Positions 9,736-20,404 of a stretch of DNA of 64,000 nucleotides are shown here, one piece after another. The position numbers were made by a program, and so were the translations under genes. Origin of the DNA: Spirochaetota bacterium (lineage in GTDB: Bacteria > Spirochaetota > Leptospiria > Turneriellales > CBDBES01); contig CBDBLF010000021.1 of assembly GCA_965206985.1 (NCBI GenBank), forward strand, positions 38,204 to 102,203, in the 5' to 3' direction. The notes beneath the pieces are model-generated. The model did not search any database, was not told the origin of the DNA, and saw only the letters and a program-made list of their open reading frames with translations. Positions within the stretch are counted from its first letter, which is position 1; the number at the start of each line of letters is the position of its first letter.

Positions 9736-11047
9736 AATTTTTACTCCTAGGTTTTTCTCTTATCTGGATGGTCGTTGGCAGGTCACTAATATTTAAAAAA
9801 ACCTGTATTTTACGGATCAAAAATCTCTTGATCATTGGGGGAACATTTTTTTGGTTTGTGAACAAAATAAATTCCGTTTTTTCACCTAGTTGTGTTATAT
9901 AAAAGGGTTTTATTTTATGATTCACGAGAACGGGGTCATTTTTTATATTTTGCATAAATGTATTTAGTTTGGGTGTTAAATATTTTTTTTTTGATTTTGC
10001 GTGTAGTTTTATGCTTGCTTCAATAACTTTAACAACCCGGTCTCCCACTTGGGCACTAATAAAATAAGTAGGAAATTTCCAAAAGATTGTTTGAAAGTTT
10101 TCCACGTCTATATTCAGTCGCTTCCGGTAAGTAGGTTCATTTTTAAGTTTATCCGCTTTATTAATTGCTAGGATAACAGGTTTTTTGAGCTGATTAATAT
10201 GATTCATCATGTTTTTATTTTGTCGATCAAAACCCTCTTCTGGGTCAATGAGAAAAATTACGACATCTGCTTTTTTGATAGATTCAAAGCTTCTCAATTC
10301 AGCTAATCTATCTATTTGCCCAAGAGCATTTCTATTCTTTCTTAAACCAGCCGTGTCAATGATATGAAAGACCTTTTTTTGGAATAAAAATTTTGACTCC
10401 AGACTGTCGCGGGTGGTTCCTGCTATGGGTGAGACCAATGCCACCTCTTTTCTGAGTAAAAAATTATAGAGTGTACTTTTTCCTGTATTAGGCTTCCCAA
10501 TAATTGCAAATGATGGTGTCTCTTGATTCACTTCTTCTTCTCTGGCAAGGAGTGAAAAATAAGACTTTATTTGTTTGGTCAGTGTCTCTAAATTTCTTTG
10601 ATTGAGAGCAGAGACAAAGAATATTTCTTTAAACCCAAGCCCGTAAAACTCACTACTTTCTGCTTCAAGAGATGGATCATCGATAAAATTAACCACCAGC
10701 CAATATGGTCTTTCCTTTTTTCTGAGTTGCTCGTGAAGCATATGTTCATATTTAGAGAGACCATTTCGTGAGATAACCCAAAGTAAGAGGTGATAATCTT
10801 CTACTACATTCAGAGCCTTTATGATGGCCAATTTAGCTAGCTCGTCAGAACCAATTTCTTTTAAATTTTCAAGGCCGGGGAAATCAGATAACTCCCAGTG
10901 ACCTTCGCCCCAATCAAGAGAATGCTGGATGATATCTCGTGTTGAGCCAGGTTTGTTATATACGATAGCTCTACGCCTCCCGATTAGTGCATTAAATAAA
11001 GTGCTTTTACCCACATTTTGTCTACCGATGATCGCAATTCTAGGCAT
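9728..11047 (-). CDS. der: Ribosome biogenesis GTPase Der (EngA)
   Basis: Two G domains: GRQNVGKS/GSTRD and GKPNTGKS/GTTRD/DTAG/NKAD; likely start MPRIAIIG at 11047. Confidence 0.9.
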   Translation of the reverse strand: MPRIAIIGRQNVGKSTLFNALIGRRRAIVYNKPGSTRDIIQHSLDWGEGHWELSDFPGLENLKEIGSDELAKLAIIKALNVVEDYHLLLWVISRNGLSKYEHMLHEQLRKKERPYWLVVNFIDDPSLEAESSEFYGLGFKEIFFVSALNQRNLETLTKQIKSYFSLLAREEEVNQETPSFAIIGKPNTGKSTLYNFLLRKEVALVSPIAGTTRDSLESKFLFQKKVFHIIDTAGLRKNRNALGQIDRLAELRSFESIKKADVVIFLIDPEEGFDRQNKNMMNHINQLKKPVILAINKADKLKNEPTYRKRLNIDVENFQTIFWKFPTYFISAQVGDRVVKVIEASIKLHAKSKKKYLTPKLNTFMQNIKNDPVLVNHKIKPFYITQLGEKTEFILFTNQKNVPPMIKRFLIRKIQVFLNISDLPTTIQIREKPRSKNCG

Positions 11048-12044
11048 GAGAACACCACCTTTCAAAATCAAGGAAACGTTTAGGCCGATCAATGTAAAAA
11101 CACAGTTTTTTATTTTGTTTAGGATGCAAAAAACAAATTTTATTTGCAACGAGAAGTAATCCAAAATCATAATCAATTTTTTGTCGTTTCATTTTTCGAG
11201 AAGAATATAATCGGTCTCCCACAACATAGGCATGAACGTGAGGAAAACTGCATCGAATTTGATGAGTTCTACCTGTTTTTAACACAATTTTTACCAAGGA
11301 AAACCCGTTTTGTTCTTTGAGCATTTCATAGTGTAGGGAGGCCCAACGGGAATTCGTTGTAACCTCTTCAGAATTAAATTGCATTAATTTTCGGTTTCGT
11401 GGATTACGTGAGATAAATCCATTAATTTCTCCTTTACATCTGATTGGTATCCCACTTAGCCAGGCAAGGTATTCTTTGTATATGCTTCTTTTTTGGAATT
11501 GTTCTGATAGGTTTCGGTGTGTGCTATTATTTTTTGCAATGAGCATAACACCTTCGGTATCTCGATCAAGTCGATGCACGATACCGGCCCTTTCTTTGGA
11601 GTTCAAGTCAGATAGAGGGTGAACCTGAGACTTGAGAGAATGCACCAAAGTATCTTCTTTTGTTCCTGAACCAGGGTGAACTGTCATTCCCGTTGGTTTG
11701 TGAATAACCACAAGGTCTGCATCTTGATATAAAATAGGAACATTTTGATTATTAGCTGTGATGGTTATCTGATATTTTTTTTTAAGTTTGATGTAAAAGT
11801 AAGACTTTTGTTGTGCCTTGAAAGATGGTTTGATAACTTCTTTCTCATACAAAGTAACCATTCCTTGCGCAATCATTCTTTGAGCCTCTGTTCGAGAGAA
11901 TCGATCAGGCCAATTTTTTGAAATGCTAATATCCAGTCTTTCATGAGGCTCAATTATACCTCTCAATGCAAGAGAAGAAGGATTATGATGATTTAGTCTG
12001 TGCTTCAGATGCTTTAAGGGCTTTTTCCATTTGGTAGAAAGCAA
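11040..12044 (-). CDS. RluA/RluD-family pseudouridine synthase
   Basis: S4-like N-terminus; KPTGMTVHPG, HRLDRDTEG, TGRTHQIR, GDRLY; exact start uncertain. Confidence 0.9.
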   Translation of the reverse strand: MLSTKWKKPLKHLKHRLNHHNPSSLALRGIIEPHERLDISISKNWPDRFSRTEAQRMIAQGMVTLYEKEVIKPSFKAQQKSYFYIKLKKKYQITITANNQNVPILYQDADLVVIHKPTGMTVHPGSGTKEDTLVHSLKSQVHPLSDLNSKERAGIVHRLDRDTEGVMLIAKNNSTHRNLSEQFQKRSIYKEYLAWLSGIPIRCKGEINGFISRNPRNRKLMQFNSEEVTTNSRWASLHYEMLKEQNGFSLVKIVLKTGRTHQIRCSFPHVHAYVVGDRLYSSRKMKRQKIDYDFGLLLVANKICFLHPKQNKKLCFYIDRPKRFLDFERWCSHA

Positions 12045-12486
12045 TCATCAAAAGGCATGCACCAATCGAGATGCAAGAATCAGCAATATTGTATGCTGGC
12101 CATCTTTTGCTCCCAATGCCCATGTCGATGAAGTCAACCACTCCATGGCGAAAAAATCGGTCAGTAAAATTCCCGAAGGCACCCCCTAGAATGAAAGAGA
12201 CAGCCCATATAAACAAATTATTTTTATCGGGCGTTTTTATAAAGTAAACCAAAAGAAAAATGATAGCAATTCCAGTCAGGTATTGAAAGACCATAGGATT
12301 TCCCTGAAATATGCCAAAAACACCGCCCGTATTATAGACTAAATAAAAACGAAACCAATGCCCAAAAACAGGAATGACTTTGCCTGAAGACAAGACACTA
12401 ACCGCCCAGTACTTTGTTAAAACATCAAGAAGCCACAAAATGGCTACAACACTAATAAATCTATATTTGACTAAATTTGACATCAA
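11983..12486 (-). CDS. lspA: Lipoprotein signal peptidase II
   Basis: NTGGVFG, GGAFGNFTDR, VVDFI, YNIAD motifs. Confidence 0.95.
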   Translation of the reverse strand: MMSNLVKYRFISVVAILWLLDVLTKYWAVSVLSSGKVIPVFGHWFRFYLVYNTGGVFGIFQGNPMVFQYLTGIAIIFLLVYFIKTPDKNNLFIWAVSFILGGAFGNFTDRFFRHGVVDFIDMGIGSKRWPAYNIADSCISIGACLLMIAFYQMEKALKASEAQTKSS

Positions 12487-12490
12487 TTAC

Positions 12491-12712
12491 CTAATCTTTC
12501 CAATGAATGCACTCTCCAGGGCAGTCATCAATAGATTCTTGTATTTTATCACGATCTTCCCCGGAAACATTTGCATCGTTGATATTCTCTCCCAAATTAT
12601 GCGATTCAGCGAGATCATCATCGTCCATTCTAAAATATTGAGGCAACGTATCAGCACACAAATTGCAACTAGTACAATCGTCTTTGTCAACATAAACTAA
12701 ATTTTTAGACAT
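12491..12712 (-). CDS. Single-cluster ferredoxin
   Basis: CTSCNLC ... CPGECI; acidic. Confidence 0.9.
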   Translation of the reverse strand: MSKNLVYVDKDDCTSCNLCADTLPQYFRMDDDDLAESHNLGENINDANVSGEDRDKIQESIDDCPGECIHWKD

Positions 12713-12890
12713 AATAAGCAATTACCCACACTAGAGCATACATTCATTATCCCTCCATTTTGTAAAGCACAATAGGCTGTGCAGGAAATATAACTGTAGA
12801 GGGAAAATAGTAAAATGCACTTGATTTCACAAGATTTTCATATGGCTCGCCAAGGGCCATCCAATTGAAGATGTGTGTATTCATAATTAT

Positions 12891-14012
12891 TTATGAAAAA
12901 TAATCTACGACTTGCAAAAATATTGCAAGACCTTCTTGTAAGATATCTTCTTTCTGAGCATAACTAATTCTCACTTGATAGGAGTTACGACTAAATATAT
13001 ATCCGGGAACGAGTAAAAGCTCTCTTTTAATAGCCTCTCTGACAAAATCTTGCCCTTTACAAGGGATATTCGGAAAAACATAAAACGCACCATCTGGGTT
13101 GGTAAAATTTACTTTTTTCTCTAAGGCAGACAAAACAATGGTTCGTTTATGCTTCATAATGACTAGCTGATTATCCATCGGTGTTTGGAGGGCAGCCATT
13201 GCACCCCACTGTGCGGGTTGGGGCGAACAAACAATAGAATGCTGTTGCAAAGTGGCAATTTTTTCAGTAATTTCAGAAAGTGGCATGGGGGCGGCAATAT
13301 AACCCACCCTAAGACCTGTCATTGCGTGAGATTTTGAAAATCCACTCAAGGTTAATGTTCTTTCAGGATGAAAAGATGCTGTATGTATAAATTTATTTTC
13401 GTAATCATAGTCAGAATATATTTCATCTGAAATTAAAAGGGCATCCAATTCATCCGATAGTTGAGCCAATTGTTGTAGTTGTCGTTTATCAAGTATTTTT
13501 CCAGTTGGATTGGAAGGAGTTGCAAAAATAATTGCCTTTAAATTTTTTAGCTTTGATGAACTCTTAAGCTCCTCAATGTCTTTCTTTGTAAATTCTTCTG
13601 GTAAATATGCAACGTTTAATTGATGGTAGTTTGCTAATGATTGATAAATTAAAAAATATGGATCAATCAATAAAATACGATCATCAGGATTAAATAAAAC
13701 TTCAAATAACAAAAACAGAACAGAGGCCACCCCCGTCGAAACAACAATATTTTCTGGATGAAATTGAATGTCGCGTCGGGCGTAGTGTTCGCTGAGGGCT
13801 TCTCTCAAAGGAAGGATTCCCTGTGTTTGGCTGTAATCATTGTGGTTATCTTGCATGGCCCGAGTAATTGCTTGCTTCACTTGTTCAGGAACAGGAAAGT
13901 CTGGTTGACCAATCGACAAATCTTTTGGTCTTTTTATTTTTGAGGCGAGATCAAAGGCCTTCCGAACCTCACTGGTATCAATTCGACAAATACGCTCAGA
14001 AAGATATTTCAT
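12891..14012 (-). CDS. PLP-dependent class I/II aminotransferase
   Basis: LSIGQPDF, PSNPTG, SDEIY, SKSHAMTGLRVG. Confidence 0.92.
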   Translation of the reverse strand: MKYLSERICRIDTSEVRKAFDLASKIKRPKDLSIGQPDFPVPEQVKQAITRAMQDNHNDYSQTQGILPLREALSEHYARRDIQFHPENIVVSTGVASVLFLLFEVLFNPDDRILLIDPYFLIYQSLANYHQLNVAYLPEEFTKKDIEELKSSSKLKNLKAIIFATPSNPTGKILDKRQLQQLAQLSDELDALLISDEIYSDYDYENKFIHTASFHPERTLTLSGFSKSHAMTGLRVGYIAAPMPLSEITEKIATLQQHSIVCSPQPAQWGAMAALQTPMDNQLVIMKHKRTIVLSALEKKVNFTNPDGAFYVFPNIPCKGQDFVREAIKRELLLVPGYIFSRNSYQVRISYAQKEDILQEGLAIFLQVVDYFS

Positions 14013-14192
14013 TCAAAGCTAATAATGCAACAATAGAGCAAATAGTAAGCTAAACCAAGAAACCCAGTCGAATCACCTTTAGACAAAACCGAGTAACGCT
14101 CAATCACTAAACCACACAAGAGAAAACGACAGGTACACGGATAGGGAATCAGCTATTAGGTCTCATACCCCTGTTTTTACTAAAAAATCTTA

Positions 14193-14220
14193 GTGTCTTT
14201 TTAATGCCTACAAAAAGACA
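14193..14220. terminator. Hairpin TGTCTTTTT...AAAAAGACA just downstream of the OMP gene
   Basis: 9-bp inverted repeat immediately after the 14221 stop; AT-rich, so weak. Confidence 0.35.
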
Positions 14221-15024
14221 TTATATTTTTAGGCCAACACCAGCCATGATATAAATATCTGAGTGGCGAGACCCCCCGTAGAAGGAACGCGCCGCTGAAC
14301 GTTTATCATCGGAAGAAGAATTATCGGGGAGATCTGATGGTACTATGTCTAATAGACCGCCAGAATAGCGAACTTCTAAAAATACCTCAAATAACACAAG
14401 AAATTCATACGCCAACCCACCACCAACGACGTAATTGAGATTGAGGCTGTTGTTAACGAGCTTAACAGCACTGTCTTTTTGACTCTCAACAAGATTATCT
14501 TCCAATTCGACAGAGAAACCTTGAAGGTCTACTTCTCTCAGACTAATTGAAGCCGTTTGCAGAAGAGAAAAACTCACACCACCCAAAGCATAAATATCAA
14601 CTACAAAAAATGATATTCGCGGCTTGAGAAGCACGGGGAATTCAATGTAACTACTAGAAAGAGTGTATTTGGTTTCCCCGGGCCCAAGCTTGCTCATAAT
14701 AGTCCCACCCTTGTTCGCATAAGCAACACCCACCTGAAACGCCAAAGTTGGAATAAACGGTATACCAAAGTCAGGTATGAGACCAATATAAGCGTAGGCA
14801 CCAACAAGAAAGCTATTCAAATCAAATGGAGAAAGCAATTCATCACTTCCTATCGAACTCAATAATTCAATCGCAGTCGTTACATCATCGTTGTAGGTTA
14901 AGCCTGCACGATTATAACCACCGTAAACACCAACACCAATCGCCGAAAGGCTGGTTGAAGTAATAAAACACGTAACCACAGATGCAAAGGCAAAAGCAAT
15001 TATTTTTTTTCTAATTTTTATCAT
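14221..15024 (-). CDS. Outer-membrane beta-barrel protein (PorT/OmpA-like barrel)
   Basis: Signal peptide; 'GVYGGYN', 'YIEFPVLLK', 'FLEVRYSGGL', alternating strands. Confidence 0.7.
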   Translation of the reverse strand: MIKIRKKIIAFAFASVVTCFITSTSLSAIGVGVYGGYNRAGLTYNDDVTTAIELLSSIGSDELLSPFDLNSFLVGAYAYIGLIPDFGIPFIPTLAFQVGVAYANKGGTIMSKLGPGETKYTLSSSYIEFPVLLKPRISFFVVDIYALGGVSFSLLQTASISLREVDLQGFSVELEDNLVESQKDSAVKLVNNSLNLNYVVGGGLAYEFLVLFEVFLEVRYSGGLLDIVPSDLPDNSSSDDKRSAARSFYGGSRHSDIYIMAGVGLKI

Positions 15025-15120
15025 AATAAGTTAAATCTCCTTTGGTTACCCGTACCATCAACCTATGGCGGTTTATTTTGTCAACTTTATTTGATTTTTT
15101 GTCTGGGATGCATTGCTTGC

Positions 15121-17006
15121 GAGCTTGTGCAGGAACTAGGATTTTTCTTGCTTTTCTGTGTTCTTCTTTGTTTATGTCTTATTATGAAACGATTTATGAA
15201 AAGTGATAGAGATCAAGTTATGCTGTTTTCGCATACTATAGCAGACAATTTAGAAGAAAATCACGAGGTTTATGCCTTTGCTGCCTTGTTAGATAAAATT
15301 CCTATGAAACCATTTCTTTCTAAGTACTCAAAAGAAGGGGGTCGGGCTTACCATCCGGTTATAATGCTGGGATGCCTTTTTTATGGCTTTCATCGTGGAT
15401 GGAGAAGCAGCAGAGAATTACAAAAAGCCTGTGAAGAGAACGACGCCATGCGTTATTTAGTTGGTGGTCATAAAGTAAAGTTTCGGTCTATTGCTGAATT
15501 CCGTGTTAATTTTGGTAAAGAAATTGGCGAAGTTTTTAATTACTCTGTATCTTTGCTATCCCACAAAAAGAAAAATATTGGTATTGATGTTAAGGTAGAT
15601 GGAACTAAAATCAAAGCCAGTGCTGCTGACGATCAAACATACAAAAAGTCAGATTTAGAGGAACGTAAAAGAGCTATACAGCAAGAGATCTTAGAGTATC
15701 TACGCTCAGGTATGGAATTAGATATTGAGGAAGATAAACTATATGGTAAAGACAACAGTGGCTATGAGCTTAATCCTGAAGAGGTAGATACGATCATTGA
15801 GGAGTTTATTCGCTTACAAAAAGCGAGTGAAAAGGCAAAGAGAGAGTCATTAAAAACAGCAGAAGGAAAGCAAAGTGAACCAGCCGAGTTTTCTACATCT
15901 GTTGAAAAAGATTCTTCAGAAACTATAGAAGGTACACAGGATATAGAAGCTCTAAAAACAGGAGAAAAAGAAGTTGAGGTCTTTTTAGAAGATACAACTA
16001 ATTCTCATGCTAACGAGCCAGAATTATTGATAAATGAAGACCAGGCTGCAGAGGATAATGATTCTGTTATGCTTAGGAAAGCTCAAAAGTATGTTACGAT
16101 CAGTAAAAGTCTGGAAGAGAATCAAGAGTCTGCTTCTGATTCTAAAATAAATCTTACTGATCCAGATGCTAAATTCATGAAACGGAATGGTAAAATTTCT
16201 CAAAGCTACAACATTCAAGTTACCTCATCAGAAGGCTATATTTTGGCAGCTGACATTGCTGAAGCTAATTCAGAAAATGATTTAGAGCAATTAGCTCCTA
16301 CCCTTTCTAAAGCTGAGTCAAACACAGGGACCAGTATACAGACAGCTTCTGCAGATTCGGGTTACTTTCATTCAAGTGGTTTGGAATACCTGGATTCAAA
16401 AGGGATCAATGGTTTTATACCTTCACCTGATCAGGTAGCCAAAGAAAGAAAAGGAGAAGAGGATTCAGGTTATGAAGCTCATCAGTTTAAATATGACGAG
16501 GATGATGATTCTTGGGTTTGCCCCGAGGGTAAAACCTTAGAATTTCATAATGAATCTGTGAAAGATAAAAAGAAATATACTCATTATCATGGTAAACCTC
16601 CTGACTGTGTCATTTGCCCTGCCAGAGAACAATGTTGTACGAGCGAAGAAGAGTTACGCAGAGGTTATCGCAAATTGTCAGTAGACTCTGGTTTTGCTTT
16701 AAAACATGAAATGATCAAGAAGATGAATTCAGAAGAAGCAAAGTCTTTCTATAAAAAGCGAGCTTCTGAAATTGAACCCATTTTTGGAATTTTGAAACAA
16801 GCCAAAAAGTTCAGAGAATTCTTGCTCAGAGGCAGTAAAAAGGTTCAAATAGAGGTAAAAATCGCAGCTACAGCATTTAATTTTGGCAAAATGGTACGAG
16901 AACAACTTGCATAAACTATAAATTCCTTGACATATTTGAAAAATGAGACTGACGCAGCAAATATCTCATAAAATGCACTGAAAAATCCTAGTTCCTGCAC
17001 AAGCTC
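15121..17006 (+). mobile_element. IS1182-family insertion sequence, copy A (1886 bp)
   Basis: TIR GAGCTTGTGCAGGAACTAGGATTTTTC, perfect match at both ends; 4-bp TSD TTGC (15117-15120 / 17007-17010). Confidence 0.93.
15184..16914 (+). CDS. IS1182-family DDE transposase (576 aa)
   Basis: GGRAYHP, SSRELQKAC, VDGTKIKA, TDPDA, SYNIQ, ADSGY, CPEG, EPIFG motifs. Confidence 0.93.
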   Translation: MKRFMKSDRDQVMLFSHTIADNLEENHEVYAFAALLDKIPMKPFLSKYSKEGGRAYHPVIMLGCLFYGFHRGWRSSRELQKACEENDAMRYLVGGHKVKFRSIAEFRVNFGKEIGEVFNYSVSLLSHKKKNIGIDVKVDGTKIKASAADDQTYKKSDLEERKRAIQQEILEYLRSGMELDIEEDKLYGKDNSGYELNPEEVDTIIEEFIRLQKASEKAKRESLKTAEGKQSEPAEFSTSVEKDSSETIEGTQDIEALKTGEKEVEVFLEDTTNSHANEPELLINEDQAAEDNDSVMLRKAQKYVTISKSLEENQESASDSKINLTDPDAKFMKRNGKISQSYNIQVTSSEGYILAADIAEANSENDLEQLAPTLSKAESNTGTSIQTASADSGYFHSSGLEYLDSKGINGFIPSPDQVAKERKGEEDSGYEAHQFKYDEDDDSWVCPEGKTLEFHNESVKDKKKYTHYHGKPPDCVICPAREQCCTSEEELRRGYRKLSVDSGFALKHEMIKKMNSEEAKSFYKKRASEIEPIFGILKQAKKFREFLLRGSKKVQIEVKIAATAFNFGKMVREQLA

Positions 17007-17020
17007 TTGCTACTTGACAA

Positions 17021-17187
17021 GAGGCTGTAGGGAAAATATCAATTCGAATTCCAAGTTCTGGAGCTGAACATAGTATCGAATTTTGAAAATATATATGATT
17101 CAAAGTACAAAGTAAAAAACTAATTTTCAAAATTAACTCTACGGATGACAAATAATCTCATAACAATCATATTTCCCGCACAGCCTC
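17021..17187. mobile_element. 167-bp MITE with IS1182-like TIRs
   Basis: Left GAGGCTGTAGGGAAAATA; right end reverse complement GAGGCTGTGCGGGAAATA; first 15 nt of the latter equal the left end of IS1182 copy C. Confidence 0.75.
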
Positions 17188-17249
17188 AAATAGTTTTTAT
17201 AAATTGATTAAAAAAAACAGGATGACTGGTTGTATCAAATATTTATTTA

Positions 17250-18401
17250 GTGTTCATGCTTGAACCAAATTTTCAACCCGGTTTAGCAGGAGTCCCTGTT
17301 GCCATTTCAAACATTAGTAATATTGATGGCGAAAATGGAATTTTGACGTATCGTGGGTATTCTGTAAAAAATCTATGTGAGCATAGTAATTTTGCTGAGA
17401 CTGCTTATTTGTTAATCTACGGAAGTTTACCTAAGCAAGAAGAGTATGACGCTTTTGTGTATGATTTAAGGCATCATCGACGCCTTAAATATAAAATTAT
17501 TGATTTGATCAAGAACTTACCAGAAAATGGGCATCCCATGGATGCAACACAGGCAATCATTGCTGTGCTTGGTATGTATTACCCCTTTGAGTCTAAAGAT
17601 TTTACCAACCCAGAAATTCAAAGGATTGCGATTACTCGACTTATTGCCAAAATGCCTACTCTGGTCGCCGCCTATGACCGAATGCGCTATGGAGACCTCG
17701 CTATTCAACCAAAAGATGAGCTTCAGCAGTCGGCCAATTTCCTGTATATGTTGAATGAGTCTAGGGCTCCCGAAGATAAAGCTTCTGTGCTTGACCAAGC
17801 TCTTATCCTTCACATGGAACATACGATGAATGCTTCAACATTTAGTGCACGGGTGACTGGTTCCACTCTTTGTGACCCTTTCACTGTAATCTCCTCAGCA
17901 GTGGGAACTCTGACTGGTCCACTACATGGGGGTGCTAATGAGAGAGTTTTGAGCATGTTAGAAGAAATTGGGAACAAAAAAAATGTTGAAAAATATTTAA
18001 GTGCTAAGCTGGCAAAAAAAGATAGAATCATGGGTTTTGGTCATCGTGAGTATCGCGTAAAAGACCCCCGTGCTATAATACTTCAAAAATTAGCAGAGCG
18101 CCTCTTTGACAAATATGGCTCAAATCCTCTTTACGATATTGCATTAAAAGTTGAAAAAATTATGGAAAAATTAGTAGGAGAAAAGGGGGTGTATCCTAAT
18201 GTTGATTTCTATTCAGGCCTTGTCTACAACAAACTTGGAATTCGAACTGATATTTTCACGCCAATCTTTGCGATAGCAAGAGTAGTTGGTTGGTTAGCAC
18301 ATTGGGTCGAGCAAGTCTCTGACAATAAAATTTATCGTCCTACCGCAATTTATAGAGGAGTTGAACCGCAAGAGTATACGCCCATTGACCAACGATCATG
18401 A
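17250..18401 (+). CDS. gltA: Citrate synthase
   Basis: LTYRGY, EHTMNASTF, GPLHGGAN, IMGFGHR, PNVDFYSG. Confidence 0.95.
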   Translation: MFMLEPNFQPGLAGVPVAISNISNIDGENGILTYRGYSVKNLCEHSNFAETAYLLIYGSLPKQEEYDAFVYDLRHHRRLKYKIIDLIKNLPENGHPMDATQAIIAVLGMYYPFESKDFTNPEIQRIAITRLIAKMPTLVAAYDRMRYGDLAIQPKDELQQSANFLYMLNESRAPEDKASVLDQALILHMEHTMNASTFSARVTGSTLCDPFTVISSAVGTLTGPLHGGANERVLSMLEEIGNKKNVEKYLSAKLAKKDRIMGFGHREYRVKDPRAIILQKLAERLFDKYGSNPLYDIALKVEKIMEKLVGEKGVYPNVDFYSGLVYNKLGIRTDIFTPIFAIARVVGWLAHWVEQVSDNKIYRPTAIYRGVEPQEYTPIDQRS

Positions 18402-18967
18402 GTCTTATATTATTTATTATTTTTTTTTCTATTTCTGCCTGTCTTATCCTAATTGTGAATTACTATCGTAAGTTATTTTCGGTTTCTAAAAGTAGCTTCA
18501 AAAAAGATGAAATTATTGACATTCAAAATATTATCTACAATGAGTTCACCGCATTGCTGGGTGTCCACCGTGCTTCCGGATATGTTGTGATTGCGATTGG
18601 ATGTTTTTTAGGATTTATTATGAATCACATGGGTGGGCTTTATGGAGCTCATTACGAGAGCTATTTTTTTAACTCAATCGCTATACCCGGAATTACAGCG
18701 ATAGCAATTCCTTACCTACGAGATAACTTTTACCAAGAGATTCAAAAGGTTTCTTTTCTACAAAAGGTATTTAGTCAAGATGTACTTTTTTTGTATAGTA
18801 TTTCGACAACGACCATGACTCAAATCATGGTGACTTTTGGCGTCTACTATTCAATTAATTTTTTGTGGGTTATCTTAAACTATACAGCCATACTCCTGCT
18901 CGTTATTTATTATATTTATTCCAAAGATAAAGAAACTACTTTGGAACAGTTTGAGCAAAACGAGTAA
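18398..18967 (+). CDS. Hypothetical integral membrane protein
   Basis: About 5 hydrophobic segments; overlaps gltA stop and ribD start. Confidence 0.7.
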   Translation: MSLILFIIFFSISACLILIVNYYRKLFSVSKSSFKKDEIIDIQNIIYNEFTALLGVHRASGYVVIAIGCFLGFIMNHMGGLYGAHYESYFFNSIAIPGITAIAIPYLRDNFYQEIQKVSFLQKVFSQDVLFLYSISTTTMTQIMVTFGVYYSINFLWVILNYTAILLLVIYYIYSKDKETTLEQFEQNE

Positions 18968-20216
18968 GCTTTTCATGAAGATGGCCTACCAAGAGGCCAT
19001 TCATTCAATTGGTCTATCTGATCCAAACCCGGCAGTCGGAGCCGTTTTAGTAAAAAATGGAGAAGTTCTATCCACAGGCTCAACGATGCCTGTGGGTTTT
19101 GAACATGCTGAAGTGGTTGCTATCGAAAAAGCTTGGGAAAAATATGGACATAATATTACCCGTGGTGCCACCCTATATGTGACTCTTGAGCCATGCACTC
19201 ATCATGGAAGAACTCCTCCTTGTGTCGATAAAATTACTGAATCGGGAATTGCTCGTATATATATTGACCAAGTTGACCCTTCAAAAAAAGTCGATGGTAG
19301 AGGAATAAAAATTCTCAGAGAAAATAATATTGATTGTATTGTTGAGAATGATTCATCTTTCGAGACAGAAAGACTTTTTACGCTCATGCCTTTTTTGAAA
19401 CAACAGAAGACAGGCCTACCTCTCTGTATTTTAAAATGGGCACAAACGAAAGAGGGCTGGCTCGCCCCTCACGAGGGTCCTTCTGGTTCAATTAGCTCTC
19501 AAGATTCCATGGAAGTTATCCATCGTCTAAGGCACCTCTTTAGAGCAAGTCTTGCTACACCAGGAACTGTTGCCATTGATCGGCCAAGGATGAATGTTCG
19601 TGCAAGCTTAAACACACTGAATTCACTTGAAAAAGAAGAGCCATCAGTATTTTTGAAAACTATCCTCCGTTATGAAGAAGAACAAAATTGGGCTTACCTA
19701 AGAGAGACGAAAGAAAAAACAAGAAAAAATAGAACACAAGATAGCCCTCTGAAGAATTATCGTTACTTTATGCTGCCTCCCTTGTGGGAAGAAAAAGAGA
19801 TACACCACCTCTACGCTCAGCAAATCAAACTTGACAATCAATTTCATTTTATTACTTATTCCGAAGTTCAGTCAAGTCAAATGATTTCCAAAAAAATCCC
19901 CCATGATTTACTTTGTCGAAAAACATTATTCATTGACTCACTTAAAACAATTGGTAAACATAAACATAATCAGGTTATGATTGAAGCTGGCCCAAAAGCC
20001 TCCCAATCTTTAATTGACCTAAAATTACCTGATATCTTGATCTGTATGAGAAGTAAACGTAATGCTTCTTTTCAAGATGGTCTTGGTTTTTCACTGAGTG
20101 AGGTTTTGAGTTTTGAAGATCATTTAGATCAACATGGTTACGCAAACATAACAAAATTAAATTCTTCCGGAGATATGATACTTGTCTTCTTCGCTAAGCA
20201 TAATTTCTGTTGGTGA
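18951..20216 (+). CDS. ribD: Bifunctional riboflavin deaminase/reductase
   Basis: PNPAVGAV, HAE, VTLEPC..TPPC; divergent reductase half (LKWAQT, GTVAIDRP, MIEAGP). Confidence 0.88.
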   Translation: MSKTSKLFMKMAYQEAIHSIGLSDPNPAVGAVLVKNGEVLSTGSTMPVGFEHAEVVAIEKAWEKYGHNITRGATLYVTLEPCTHHGRTPPCVDKITESGIARIYIDQVDPSKKVDGRGIKILRENNIDCIVENDSSFETERLFTLMPFLKQQKTGLPLCILKWAQTKEGWLAPHEGPSGSISSQDSMEVIHRLRHLFRASLATPGTVAIDRPRMNVRASLNTLNSLEKEEPSVFLKTILRYEEEQNWAYLRETKEKTRKNRTQDSPLKNYRYFMLPPLWEEKEIHHLYAQQIKLDNQFHFITYSEVQSSQMISKKIPHDLLCRKTLFIDSLKTIGKHKHNQVMIEAGPKASQSLIDLKLPDILICMRSKRNASFQDGLGFSLSEVLSFEDHLDQHGYANITKLNSSGDMILVFFAKHNFCW

Positions 20217-20404
20217 TTTGGTCAATAGTTCATTTTCATGTGAAGCTAAAAAAGAACTCACTTTGATCCCACCACGGATATTTTGCACAGTCATGTCTTT
20301 TAAATTATTTTTTTTACCAAATAGTAAAACTATTTCCCTTGTTCTTGGTTTATTTGTCTTTCTGATTTAGGTAAAAATACCCAAATCATGCAATTCATGA
20401 TGGA

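Noticed and set aside
14040-14190. Possible ncRNA or tRNA in the intergenic region
   Set aside because: No cloverleaf, T-loop or known ncRNA motif seen; no tRNA genes recognised anywhere in the window
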